Source: Escherichia coli (GTDB taxonomy: Bacteria; Pseudomonadota; Gammaproteobacteria; Enterobacterales; Enterobacteriaceae). From it: DNA of 64,000 bases. Location of the stretch: the NCBI RefSeq assembly GCF_030013205.1, contig NZ_CP122648.1, one strand, 5' to 3'. The notes beneath the pieces were generated by a model. The model ran no database searches. It worked only from the letters and a program-made list of their open reading frames with translations, and had not been told where the DNA came from. The position numbers and the translations under genes are program-made. How positions within the stretch are numbered: the first letter of the stretch is position 1; each line of letters begins with the position of its first letter. This document shows positions 42,811-52,586 of the stretch, in pieces.

Positions 42811-42976
42811 GATATCAGTAATTTTCGGGCCACTCCACAAGGCAATAAGTGGCTTAGTGGTGATTATCGAAGGGGAATACAAGCGAGCACCTAGGCACCA
42901 TTGCAAGAACCGCTCAACGCTGAGATCAGCAAGCCCCGATTTCTGCCGACCGTCCCTGTCAAATATCAAGGAGGCA

Positions 42977-43516
42977 TTACGCCTCCTCTTCTTCCTTCTT
43001 AATTCGCTGTACCGTCGAAGGAGCAACATTAAAGATCTCGGCGGTTTTACGCACTGACACGCCATCAGAAAGGGCTTTCTTTATACCTTCTCGATCCACT
43101 GCCTTACCTTTACCACGCTTTCTAGGATTGACGGCTTGCGCTTCTCGTTTACGTTCTAACATCAGTTCACGTTCACACGTTGCCACTGCCGACAACATAG
43201 TAAGCATCATTTTTCCCATCGCGCTTGTAATGTCTGCAATGATCCCTTCTTTGTGAAAGCGAACAATTACACCACGATTATTAAGTTGTTCCACTAAGGC
43301 AAGAATGTCTAAGGTGTTACGCCCTAAACGATCAAGAGAGTGGACGTGTAAGGTGTCGCCTTCTCTCAGATAGGCTAAACACGCTTGTAAGCCTGGGCGG
43401 TTAGTGTCTTTACCAGACAGCTTATCTTCAAAGACTTTGTCGAGAGTTAGTCCTGCAAGCTGGCGATCAGTATTTTGATCTACAGTGCTCACACGCTTAT
43501 AGCCGATATTGCTCAT
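42977..43516 (-). CDS. Small serine recombinase (resolvase/invertase family)
   Basis: MSNIGYKRVSTVDQNTDRQ with catalytic Ser; C-terminal HTH; RBS AAGGGGA. Confidence 0.8.
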   Translation of the reverse strand: MSNIGYKRVSTVDQNTDRQLAGLTLDKVFEDKLSGKDTNRPGLQACLAYLREGDTLHVHSLDRLGRNTLDILALVEQLNNRGVIVRFHKEGIIADITSAMGKMMLTMLSAVATCERELMLERKREAQAVNPRKRGKGKAVDREGIKKALSDGVSVRKTAEIFNVAPSTVQRIKKEEEEA

Positions 43517-43565
43517 AAAATCCCCTTGATGTATCGATTTGGCACCACTCCAATGCAAATGAGTG

Positions 43566-43653
43566 TGTTGTATTCATTTGGTCTGTTTCAAGCCTTATGG
43601 ATACGGAATATTACACGATTTAGCTGTATTCATTTGGTATGCCTAATGGATAC
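43566..43653. promoter_or_regulatory. Two res-like palindromic sites upstream of the serine recombinase
   Basis: tgtattcatttggtctgtttcaagccttatggatacgg and tgtattcatttggtatgcctaatggatacgc; each has imperfect inverted half-sites GTATTCAT / ATGGATAC. Confidence 0.4.
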
Positions 43654-43785
43654 GCAGGGGGATAGATTAAATGGTGTTCTGTTTATACAGGTTTATTTGT
43701 TAGATCAACAAGTTGGCATTTCTAAACAGATGTTTGAACGTTGCCAAATGCCTTGACAACACAAGAAAATGGCTTGCTATGAACG

Positions 43786-44100
43786 CATTACACGAAATAA
43801 GGCTATAAAAACAAAATAAATTTTAAAATTTGCACAAAAACGAGAAAACTCGTTCGACAAATAATAGATTGGTTTTTAATCGACAATTTCTGACAATTTC
43901 TGATGGTGCTCTGTAAACCGCATTACACAAGGCTTTGCGAAAGTGATGTAAAAGTGAAGAAAGTTAACATTGCACTTTGAAGCCATTTTTCATTGGATTT
44001 TTTAGTAGGGAATTACACAGGGAATAGAGAGCATTATTCTATGATTTACACAGGGAATATAGGGGATTATGGCACACACATAGAAAGGCATTACACAGAG
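43786..44100. repeat. Iteron-like direct repeats, family A (TTACACAGGGAAT-type, 5 copies)
   Basis: cattacac(g/a) at 43786 and 43921, aattacacagggaat at 44011, tttacacagggaat at 44046, cattacacagag at 44089. Confidence 0.5.
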
Positions 44101-44163
44101 TGAGTGCTATGTGATGATTGGTAGTAACGGTAGGTCACTGTGAGCTACCCCCCACAGAATTCT

Positions 44164-44340
44164 GTTACCCCTATCAAGTCTAACAGGGGTTTATAAAGAA
44201 TAATAAACCGATGATACCCCTATCAATATTGATACCCCTATTAGCTTTGATATGACTACCCCTATCAAAACTGATACCCGATAAGAATAAGTTAATAAGA
44301 ATAATTAAATAATATTCTTTATATCTATATATATGATCTT
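44164..44340. repeat. Iteron cluster, family B (GATACCCCTATCAA x5) plus AT-rich unwinding-like tract: candidate oriV
   Basis: tacccctat at 44166, 44215, 44233, 44257 and tacccgat at 44275 (spacing 18-49 bp), followed by about 60 bp of nearly pure A/T (44281-44340). Confidence 0.55.
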
Positions 44341-45503
44341 TTTGCCTTCCGGCGTTAGCTTCACTCTCTGGCAAGCAGCCTTACTCCGCTATCTTTGGGC
44401 TTCGTGGCTGGCCCGTTCCGCTCACACCGAAAGCAAAGCGTTACTCTTCTTCGTGTAACTATCGTTGGCGGTAACGCCACACGAAGAAATACTATTGCGC
44501 TGTGCGCAGTAAGAGTAATCACCTAACCAATCACCTGATTGCTTACGTGTTAACTCTCTCTAACTCTTAATTACCCTCCTACATTTAATAACTCTATTAT
44601 TCTCTGTAGTTGTGTAATTACTCGAAGAGAGAGCGGCTAAAGCTCAATTACACTCTGCTTTCCTCGTGTAATTTCACTAAGCCTCAATACAATTTCACTT
44701 CCTACATTCTGTAGTCGTGTAATAGTTTTCGGTGGGGAAAAGCCAGAGGCGACACCGAAAGAAAATTCTGATCTTATTAATCTTATCTATCTTAGTTAAT
44801 CTTCTTACTTACTTTATCTACTTTATTATTAATAATAGCTTTATAAGCTCTCTGTGTAGCTCTCTGACGCAAGAAACAGCATTCAGGAAGGGAATCACCT
44901 TAGAAAAGTGTTCTTTGCGTCATAATGTGTTTTATGAAGGATTCAGAGGTGTTTCATAACACAAGGTATAGAGGATATTTTAGTTAATTAAAAATAAGGG
45001 GGCTAAATGCTTCTCTAACAGCATTAAGCAGGGTAGAGAATGGAAATGCATTGCCTACGTATATATAAACTCACTACAAGGCTTTACAGAGCGTTTTATA
45101 AAGTAACTAATCTAAGAACTCTCTGTTTTATATCTATCATCATCTTTCCATCATCTAACAAATACAAAATAAGCCCCTTAAATAAGCCTCTGGCGAGCTA
45201 AACAGCCATTACATAAGGGAATGTATTTCTTTTATCAAAACTTCGTTAGAACGCGTTTTAGAGCGTTTTATACAATAAGGAAGAATAGGACCGTCCGCAA
45301 GAGCACGAATTGCTAAGAAAGAATGTAAACGCATGAAAAATATCAGATTTTTTATGAAAATATATTGACAAATGTTTCTTTATATGTAATAATAGGTATT
45401 AGAGAGACAGAAAAACATTCTTCTCTAAATAATCAAAATCAATGCACTTTGAAGCCGTCAGGCTTGCAAGGTGTTTTTCTTTTAACTGAATAAGGAGTTT
45501 TTT

Positions 45504-45692
45504 ATGAAATGGTTTACACCGGAACACGTCGTAGAGGCATTTAAAAAAGGTGAGCTAACACGACATCAAGTAGTAATGAATCGTAATATGGCAAGGAGTC
45601 GAGGTTATCCAGAGCGTGAAAAATGTTTCGATGCAGCACTAAAAATTATTGATAAATTAAGAAAAAATGAAAAAGGATCTGAAACAGAGTAA
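45504..45692 (+). CDS. Hypothetical small protein (62 aa)
   Basis: Strong RBS AAGGAG 7 nt upstream of ATG; basic small protein, no family recognised. Confidence 0.45.
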   Translation: MKWFTPEHVVEAFKKGELTRHQVVMNRNMARSRGYPEREKCFDAALKIIDKLRKNEKGSETE

Positions 45693-45711
45693 AGAAGAGA
45701 AGGAGAAAACT

Positions 45712-45882
45712 ATGAGCGAAACTACAGAAAAGAAAAGACAACCACGCACTTGCTTTCATATTCCTGATGAAGTATTTCAGGTGTTGTTTAAAGAAGCCAG
45801 AAGTAAACGTATCACTGTTACAGATTACATTCTTGATATGTTGAAAAGAGAGGCTGAAACACTCTCAAATAAAAGCAAGTGA
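45712..45882 (+). CDS. Ribbon-helix-helix (CopG/Arc-like) DNA-binding protein
   Basis: RBS AGGAG; PRTCFHIPDEVFQVLFKEARSKRITVTDYILDMLKRE fits beta-alpha-alpha RHH pattern. Confidence 0.5.
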   Translation: MSETTEKKRQPRTCFHIPDEVFQVLFKEARSKRITVTDYILDMLKREAETLSNKSK

Positions 45883-45936
45883 TTTTTATCACCATAGTAG
45901 CGCCGTAGAGCGTGATTACATCAAGGAGCTTTTTTA

Positions 45937-46599
45937 ATGATTAAACATACAAAACCTTTCTTAGGAATAGATTATGACTTACTAGCAATCACTTCCCTAG
46001 TGATTAACGGCAAAACAAAAGAAGTAAAACTACATCATAAGATCATTTATTCTTATTTGTTAAGTTTATCTGGCACATATCAAAAGGTAACACCATCTTT
46101 GAAAGGTATTGGTGAGCGGTTAGGAGTAGGTACAGATCAGACGGTACGCCGTCATATCAAAGATCTTGTTTCTTTTGGATGGTTGAAGATTGAGGAAAGG
46201 GCAGGTAGCACAAATGCTTATATTGTCCTTCCTTATGAACAAGAAGCCCAGACACAACAAGAAGCTACCGTTAAAGCTGTTCAGGAACAGCTTCCCCCTA
46301 CGGAAGATAATAAAGAGTTTTCTTTTGATGTTCTTGATGATTGGGATGCGCCTTTACCTTGGGAAATGGAAGAAACGCCATCTGATGAAAAGGTAGCTAA
46401 TGATAATGAGGAGGATGTGTTAGAGAATTTTGCCTCTCTTATCATCCAGGAGAAACACACAAGAACAGGAGGGGCATCATTTATAGAATTTGCAACATCG
46501 TTAGCCTGTAAGCACAGGATAAAGCTACCAAATGGTATTGAGGCATATTTTGCTAAGAAACATCCCAAAGTATATGAAGACTTTGATATTCCATTTTAA
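45937..46599 (+). CDS. Winged-helix protein, candidate replication initiator
   Basis: RBS AAGGAG; wHTH-like SLKGIGERLGVGTDQTVRRHIKDLVSFGWLKIEE; acidic C-terminal half; sits next to iteron region. Confidence 0.5.
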   Translation: MIKHTKPFLGIDYDLLAITSLVINGKTKEVKLHHKIIYSYLLSLSGTYQKVTPSLKGIGERLGVGTDQTVRRHIKDLVSFGWLKIEERAGSTNAYIVLPYEQEAQTQQEATVKAVQEQLPPTEDNKEFSFDVLDDWDAPLPWEMEETPSDEKVANDNEEDVLENFASLIIQEKHTRTGGASFIEFATSLACKHRIKLPNGIEAYFAKKHPKVYEDFDIPF

Positions 46600-46794
46600 T
46601 AAGGAGGGTTATGATTCAATATTTAGTAAAAAATAAAGTAGAATTCATCTATTCCACTCTCTAAAAATCTATCTGTGTAATATAAAATGAAAACATTATG
46701 GTATTAGCTATGTATTGGTTATTGTTCTTTCTGGCCTTAGAAACATATGCAAGTAAGTCTGGAAAACGAAAGTAATATATTGATGATTTGTTTG

Positions 46795-47052
46795 TTATAA
46801 CTTCGTGGTGTCAAGTCCAGCAGTTTTGAGTCGCTCGGTAAGATTTCTCATTTTGCTGAACTCTGTACCAAAGCTGGCTTTAAGTCCTACACCTTCGCAA
46901 AACTCTTTTGCCGTGACGTTTTTCAGATGGTCAACATATTTGGTCATCTGGAGGTGCATTTCCATCGTTTGGCTATTTCGTGATGCGCTGCTAATGGCTT
47001 GCTTAATGTTCTCGTAGATCTGGGTTCTGTCATTGTTTATCCCACCTATCAA
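46795..47052 (-). CDS. Hypothetical small protein (85 aa) at element right end
   Basis: Minus-strand ORF adjacent to attR; function unknown (could be an excision/regulatory factor). Confidence 0.35.
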   Translation of the reverse strand: MIGGINNDRTQIYENIKQAISSASRNSQTMEMHLQMTKYVDHLKNVTAKEFCEGVGLKASFGTEFSKMRNLTERLKTAGLDTTKL

Positions 47053-47245
47053 ATTTAGAAAAATAATATTAATTAGCTAATTAATATAATCAATGGTTTT
47101 CACCATCTGAATGATAGCCGTTAATTGTTTCTTTTTCATTCCTTCTATGGGGTACAAAATGGGGTACACAGAGAAGAAGCAATTAATGGAGGCGAGCTTG
47201 CATCTGCAAGCCACTTCCCCTAAGCTGGCACAAAATATAGAGATT

Positions 47246-47379
47246 CAACCAAACGACTCGGGGTGCCCTTCTGCGTGAAGGCTGAGAAATACCCGTATCA
47301 CCTGATCTGGATAATGCCAGCGTAGGGAAGTCACGGACCACCAGGTCATTGCTTCTTCACGTTATGGCAGGAGCAAACT
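47246..47379 (+). promoter_or_regulatory. TPP (thi-box) riboswitch controlling thiMD
   Basis: Contains the canonical thiM aptamer sequence CAAACGACTCGGGGTGCCCTTCTGCGTGAAGGCTGAGAAATACCCGTATCACCTGATCTGGATAATGCCAGCGTAGGGAAGTC and expression platform up to the SD (ggcaggag). Confidence 0.85.
47250..47327. repeat. attR: 78-bp direct repeat (native riboswitch copy adjoining thiM)
   Basis: Identical to 38360..38437; downstream sequence continues as native thiM leader. Confidence 0.75.
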
Positions 47380-48168
47380 ATGCAAGTCGACCTGCTGAGT
47401 TCCGCGCAATCTGCGCACGCGTTACACCTTTTTCACCAACATTCCCCTCTTGTGCATTGCATGACCAATGATGTGGTGCAAACTTTTACTGCCAATACCT
47501 TACTGGCGCTCGGTGCATCGCCAGCGATGGTTATCGAAACCGAAGAAGCCAGTCAGTTTGCGGCTATCGCCAGTGCGTTGCTGATTAACGTTGGCACACT
47601 GACGCAGCCACGCGCACAGGCGATGCGTGCCGCCGTTGAACAGGCAAAACGCTCTCAAACACCCTGGACGCTTGATCCAGTAGCGGTTGGTGCACTCGAC
47701 TATCGCCGCCGTTTTTGTCTGGAACTTCTGTCTCATAAGCCAACCGCCATACGTGGTAATGCTTCGGAAATCATGGCATTAGCTGGCATTGCTAATGGCG
47801 GACGGGGAGTGGATACCACTGACGCCGCAGCTAATGCGATACCCGCTGCACAAACACTGGCACGGGAAACTGGCGCAATCGTCGTGGTCACAGGCGAGGT
47901 GGATTATGTTACCGATGGCCATTGCACCGTTGGCATTCACGGTGGCGATCCGCTAATGACCAAAGTGGTAGGAACTGGCTGTGCATTATCGGCGGTTGTC
48001 GCTGCCTGTTGTGCGCTACCAGGCGATATGCTGGAAAATGTCGCATCTGCCTGTCACTGGATGAAACAAGCCGGAGAACGCGCAGTCGCCAGTAGCGAGG
48101 GGCCAGGCAGTTTTGTTCCACATTTCCTTGATGCGCTCTGGCAATTGACGCAGGAGGTGCAAGCGTGA
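47380..48168 (+). CDS. thiM: Hydroxyethylthiazole kinase
   Basis: 262 aa; immediately downstream of TPP riboswitch. Confidence 0.9.
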   Translation: MQVDLLSSAQSAHALHLFHQHSPLVHCMTNDVVQTFTANTLLALGASPAMVIETEEASQFAAIASALLINVGTLTQPRAQAMRAAVEQAKRSQTPWTLDPVAVGALDYRRRFCLELLSHKPTAIRGNASEIMALAGIANGGRGVDTTDAAANAIPAAQTLARETGAIVVVTGEVDYVTDGHCTVGIHGGDPLMTKVVGTGCALSAVVAACCALPGDMLENVASACHWMKQAGERAVASSEGPGSFVPHFLDALWQLTQEVQA

Positions 48169-48965
48169 AACGAATTAACGCTCTGACGATTGCCGGTACT
48201 GATCCGAGTGGTGGTGCGGGGATTCAGGCCGATCTTAAAACCTTCTCGGCACTTGGCGCTTATGGTTGCTCAGTTATTACTGCACTGGTGGCGCAAAATA
48301 CCCGTGGTGTACAGTCGGTGTATCGCATTGAGCCTGATTTTGTCGCCGCCCAGCTCGATTCGGTGTTCAGCGATGTGCGAATCGACACCACTAAAATCGG
48401 TATGTTGGCGGAAACCGATATTGTTGAAGCGGTGGCAGAACGGTTGCAACGTTATCAGATCCAAAACGTGGTACTCGACACCGTTATGCTGGCAAAAAGC
48501 GGCGACCCGCTGCTTTCACCTTCGGCGGTTGCTACGCTGCGCAGTCGATTATTGCCACAGGTTTCATTAATAACGCCAAACTTGCCCGAAGCTGCTGCCT
48601 TGCTCGACGCGCCACACGCGCGCACCGAACAGGAAATGCTGGAACAAGGGCGATCGCTGTTGGCGATGGGCTGTGGCGCAGTGCTAATGAAAGGTGGTCA
48701 TCTGGATGATGAGCAAAGCCCTGACTGGCTGTTTACTCGTGAGGGGGAACAACGATTTACTGCACCGCGCATTATGACCCAAAACACCCACGGCACTGGT
48801 TGTACGCTCTCTGCGGCGTTGGCTGCACTACGCCCGCGCCATACAAACTGGGCTGACACCGTACAGGAGGCAAAAAGCTGGCTTTCATCGGCGTTAGCCC
48901 AGGCCGACACGCTGGAAGTTGGTCACGGTATTGGTCCGGTTCACCACTTCCACGCCTGGTGGTGA
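48165..48965 (+). CDS. thiD: Hydroxymethylpyrimidine/phosphomethylpyrimidine kinase
   Basis: 266 aa; overlaps thiM stop (operon). Confidence 0.9.
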   Translation: MKRINALTIAGTDPSGGAGIQADLKTFSALGAYGCSVITALVAQNTRGVQSVYRIEPDFVAAQLDSVFSDVRIDTTKIGMLAETDIVEAVAERLQRYQIQNVVLDTVMLAKSGDPLLSPSAVATLRSRLLPQVSLITPNLPEAAALLDAPHARTEQEMLEQGRSLLAMGCGAVLMKGGHLDDEQSPDWLFTREGEQRFTAPRIMTQNTHGTGCTLSAALAALRPRHTNWADTVQEAKSWLSSALAQADTLEVGHGIGPVHHFHAWW

Positions 48966-49029
48966 GCACCGTACTATAGCTGCTTTGGTTATTGTCAGCC
49001 TTTGGCACTGACATTCAGGGATGAAACCA

Positions 49030-49848
49030 ATGCAGCTAAGAATCACCAGTCGAAAAAAACTCACCGCTTTATTATGCGCTCTTGGGCTAATTTCCATCGT
49101 TGCGATTTATCCGCGTCAGACGGTGAATTTTTTCTATTCGACAGCAATTCAGATTAAAGACTACATCCACTTCTACGGTTATCGCCCGGTTAAATCTTTC
49201 GCTATTCGCATTCCTGCCAATTACACCATTCATGGTATTGATGTTTCACGCTGGCAGGAGCGAATCGACTGGCAGCGGGTGGCAAAAATGCGCGATAACG
49301 GTATTCGCTTGCAATTTGCCTTTATCAAGGCTACGGAAGGCGAAAAGCTGGTGGACCCCTATTTTTCGCGTAACTGGCAACTAAGCCGCGAAAATGGCCT
49401 GCTGCGCGGGGCGTATCATTATTTCTCCCCGTCGGTATCCGCTTCAGTTCAGGCGCGATTATTTCTGCAAACGGTGGATTTTGCCCACGGCGATCTCCCT
49501 GCCGTGCTGGACGTAGAAGAACGGGGAAAATTATCGGCAAAAGAATTACGCAAGCGGGTAAGTCAGTGGCTAAAAATGGTCGAAAAAAGTACGGGGAAAA
49601 AGCCGATTATTTACTCAGGAGCCGTTTTTTATCACACGAATCTGGCGGGCTATTTCAATGAATATCCGTGGTGGGTGGCTCACTATTATCAACGTCGTCC
49701 GGACAATGACGGCATGGCCTGGCGCTTCTGGCAGCATTCCGACCGTGGACAGGTAGATGGCATTAATGGTCCGGTGGATTTTAATGTGTTTAATGGCACG
49801 GTGGAGGAGTTGCAGGTATTCGTTGATGGGATTAAAGAAACGCCTTAA
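49030..49848 (+). CDS. yegX: GH25-family muramidase-like protein
   Basis: ORF 49021..49848; N-terminal membrane anchor/signal; 272 aa from ATG 49030. Confidence 0.7.
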   Translation: MQLRITSRKKLTALLCALGLISIVAIYPRQTVNFFYSTAIQIKDYIHFYGYRPVKSFAIRIPANYTIHGIDVSRWQERIDWQRVAKMRDNGIRLQFAFIKATEGEKLVDPYFSRNWQLSRENGLLRGAYHYFSPSVSASVQARLFLQTVDFAHGDLPAVLDVEERGKLSAKELRKRVSQWLKMVEKSTGKKPIIYSGAVFYHTNLAGYFNEYPWWVAHYYQRRPDNDGMAWRFWQHSDRGQVDGINGPVDFNVFNGTVEELQVFVDGIKETP

Positions 49849-49899
49849 ATAAGAAGCAGTGATATACTCCCACCAGACTCCCTGGCAGGAAAAAGACAA

Positions 49900-50646
49900 A
49901 TGGAACAAGCGCATACCCAGCTGATTGCCCAACTGAACGAACGTATTTTAGCGGCGGATAACACGCCGCTTTATATTAAGTTTGCCGAAACGGTAAAAAA
50001 TGCCGTGCGCAGCGGGGTGCTGGAGCATGGCAATATTTTGCCCGGTGAGCGTGATTTAAGTCAGTTAACCGGCGTTTCGCGCATTACGGTGCGCAAGGCG
50101 ATGCAGGCGCTGGAAGAAGAGGGCGTGGTGACGCGTTCGCGTGGTTACGGTACGCAGATCAACAACATCTTCGAATACTCGTTGAAAGAAGCGCGAGGTT
50201 TTTCTCAGCAGGTGGTATTGCGCGGGAAAAAGCCCGATACGCTATGGGTTAACAAGCGTGTCGTGAAATGTCCCGAAGAAGTCGCGCAGCAGCTGGCGGT
50301 CGAAGCGGGAAGTGATGTCTTTTTGCTTAAGCGTATTCGCTATGTCGATGAAGAAGCGGTATCGATTGAGGAATCGTGGGTTCCGGCGCATTTAATTCAT
50401 GATGTTGATGCCATCGGGATTTCTCTTTATGACTATTTCCGCAGCCAGCACATTTACCCACAACGTACGCGTTCCCGCGTTAGCGCCCGGATGCCGGATG
50501 CCGAGTTTCAGTCACATATTCAGTTAGATAGCAAAATACCGGTGCTGGTGATCAAGCAAGTGGCGCTTGACCAACAGCAACGGCCTATTGAGTACAGCAT
50601 CAGCCACTGTCGCAGCGATCTATACGTTTTTGTGTGCGAGGAGTAG
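49900..50646 (+). CDS. yegW: GntR-family transcriptional regulator
   Basis: N-terminal GntR HTH (ERDLSQLTGVSRITVRKAMQALEEEGVV) plus UTRA-like C-terminus. Confidence 0.8.
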   Translation: MEQAHTQLIAQLNERILAADNTPLYIKFAETVKNAVRSGVLEHGNILPGERDLSQLTGVSRITVRKAMQALEEEGVVTRSRGYGTQINNIFEYSLKEARGFSQQVVLRGKKPDTLWVNKRVVKCPEEVAQQLAVEAGSDVFLLKRIRYVDEEAVSIEESWVPAHLIHDVDAIGISLYDYFRSQHIYPQRTRSRVSARMPDAEFQSHIQLDSKIPVLVIKQVALDQQQRPIEYSISHCRSDLYVFVCEE

Positions 50647-51585
50647 TTCCTCGCGCGTTGGCGCACAATCACCGCCCCGATGCCCGACAACCCACGACGC
50701 CACTGCATTGCCCAGTAATACAGCATCCGCCAGTGGCAGACCAGAGGCCAGCCCGGCAAGTACGCCACCTGCATGACTGTCGCCCGCCCCAATGGTGTCT
50801 ACAACTTGCGTTGGATATGCCGGAATGCAGCCAGAAGCGTCGTTGCTGAAATACCATGCGCCTTCTTTATCGAGACGAACGATCAACGGCGCGGCAAATT
50901 TCTCCTGCCATTGCTTGCCAAGTGTTGTTATCTCTGCGGATAAAGCAAAACGTTCGGCGGCAATCTCAGCCTCCTGACGATTGAGTGACACTAAAGGTCG
51001 ACAGGCCATGATCCGCGCCAGTAATGCGTCCGGGATATCGCCAATACGTGGGCCAAAATCGATAAACGGCGTCACGTCTTGCAGCTCTTCCAGCCATTCC
51101 ACTAACAATTCGCCGCAGGGCGAGGCCAGTTGATAACCGGAAAAATAGAGCAGGCTGCCAGGCGCAACGGTTAATCGCGCCAGCCACTGGCGATTCCATT
51201 GATTTTCCACACCGCTGAATGACATAAAAGTGCGTTCGCCATCCGGCTCAACCAGCGCCAGACACCAGCCGTTATCGCCTTCGGCGTTATCGATCAGGCT
51301 GATTAACCCCTCTTTCGCCATCCGGTTGCGAATAATCTCCGCCCACACGCCCTGACCGAGCGGCAAGGCATTACCCGCTTCGATGCCGAGGCGCTTTAAC
51401 GCCACGGCAATATTCAGTGCGCAGCCGCCAACGTTAACGCTCTGCTGTTTCAGTTCGATATCGCACCCGCGCCAGGGGAGGGCATAAGCGTCGGCGATCA
51501 CATCAATGACCGCCGCGCCGACGACCATCACCGGCTGACGCGTGGCTAATTCAGGCAGCAGCGTGTGTAATCGAGCGCCGCTCAT
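50620..51585 (-). CDS. yegV: PfkB-family sugar kinase
   Basis: 321 aa; DTIGAGD motif. Confidence 0.8.
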   Translation of the reverse strand: MSGARLHTLLPELATRQPVMVVGAAVIDVIADAYALPWRGCDIELKQQSVNVGGCALNIAVALKRLGIEAGNALPLGQGVWAEIIRNRMAKEGLISLIDNAEGDNGWCLALVEPDGERTFMSFSGVENQWNRQWLARLTVAPGSLLYFSGYQLASPCGELLVEWLEELQDVTPFIDFGPRIGDIPDALLARIMACRPLVSLNRQEAEIAAERFALSAEITTLGKQWQEKFAAPLIVRLDKEGAWYFSNDASGCIPAYPTQVVDTIGAGDSHAGGVLAGLASGLPLADAVLLGNAVASWVVGHRGGDCAPTREELLLAHKNV

Positions 51586-52586
51586 ATCGCCTCCCGTTGT
51601 TGGCGATACTTCGCCAGCGCCGTGGCATAGCGGTTGAAATCAAGCTGATTTACCGCATCCAGTTCCGCCTTTAACGCAGGATCGATAGCGTTAATGCCAT
51701 GCAACGCGCCGCAGATTGCCGTCGCCATAGCACCGATGGTGTCTGTATCGCCGCCAAGGTTAGCGCAGAGGACGGCGCAACGGTTCGGATCGGTTTGTGC
51801 CAGTTCAACCAGCGCAATGGCGCACGGAACGGACTCAATAGTGCTGGTACCTGCGCCAACGACCTGGTAAAGCTGTTCGCTGGCGGATTCGATGCCGTCG
51901 GCATTGCGCACAATTTTCAGCGCAATCTCCAGACGTGCTGCCAGTGAGGCGCTGAAGGTAGTGATGCGTTTTTGTTGAGCATGTCGCGCAATTGAAGGCA
52001 GTGGATCAACAATTGCTGACCAGCTTTCTCCGTCAATGGCACGAGAAATCGCCCATGCGATGACTACCGCCCCCGCAACCGCCAGATCGGATTTATGTGT
52101 CGGGCTGGAGGCCAGCGCCACATCATCAATAAAGGAATCAACATCACGCGCCGGAAGCAAACAACCTAATGGCGAGACGCGCATCGCTGCGCCGTTGGTC
52201 ACGCCGTTATTTTCCAGTTCAGCAACGGGTTTACCGTCGCGAATGGCGTTAAGCGCAATCTTCGAGGTCGGACCTAGTACGTTTTTGTTAAAGGCGTCGA
52301 AACGCAGCGCCCAGTCGAGAATATTACGCCCAATCAGATCCGGATCGATCTTGCCTTCACGTTCCAGTAACGCATCCGCCAGACACAGCGCCATCGAGGT
52401 ATCGTCGGTGAATTCGGCGCGGTTAAAATAACAGGCTGCGTTATTCTCCTTTGGCCCAGGCAGAAAACGGTCAATCCAGCCAAAGTGCGCTTTGACGCGA
52501 CTGCGCGGCCAAAGCTCGGAGGGCATCCCCATCGCATCCCCTAACGCCTGCCCATAAAGAGCACCGAGAATACGTTCTGTTTTCAT
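51582..52586 (-). CDS. yegU: ADP-ribosylglycohydrolase-family protein
   Basis: 334 aa; overlaps yegV start and yegT stop. Confidence 0.8.
   Translation of the reverse strand: MKTERILGALYGQALGDAMGMPSELWPRSRVKAHFGWIDRFLPGPKENNAACYFNRAEFTDDTSMALCLADALLEREGKIDPDLIGRNILDWALRFDAFNKNVLGPTSKIALNAIRDGKPVAELENNGVTNGAAMRVSPLGCLLPARDVDSFIDDVALASSPTHKSDLAVAGAVVIAWAISRAIDGESWSAIVDPLPSIARHAQQKRITTFSASLAARLEIALKIVRNADGIESASEQLYQVVGAGTSTIESVPCAIALVELAQTDPNRCAVLCANLGGDTDTIGAMATAICGALHGINAIDPALKAELDAVNQLDFNRYATALAKYRQQREAI

Larger units (their letters stand above)
38360..47327. mobile_element. About 8.89 kb integrative element inserted in the thiM 5' leader (int, DUF262-HNH nuclease, XRE regulator, serine recombinase, iteron origin, rep-like gene)
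   Basis: Flanking 78-bp direct repeats; tyrosine integrase adjacent to attL; plasmid-like cargo; interrupts otherwise K-12-like rcnR-thiM adjacency. Confidence 0.75.

Noticed and set aside
43786-44340. Clustered short direct repeats considered as a possible CRISPR array
   Set aside because: Repeats are 9-15 bp, imperfect and irregularly spaced without uniform spacers, and no cas genes are present; the pattern fits plasmid iterons.
43971-45456. 14-bp exact direct repeat tgcactttgaagcc at 43971 and 45443
   Set aside because: A 14-mer match is expected by chance several times in 64 kb; no supporting structure at the borders.
47147-47227. 26-codon ORF (MGYKMGYTEKKQLMEASLHLQATSP) at the element right end
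   Set aside because: Created by the tandem repeat itself, no RBS; kept only as a repeat/binding-site observation.
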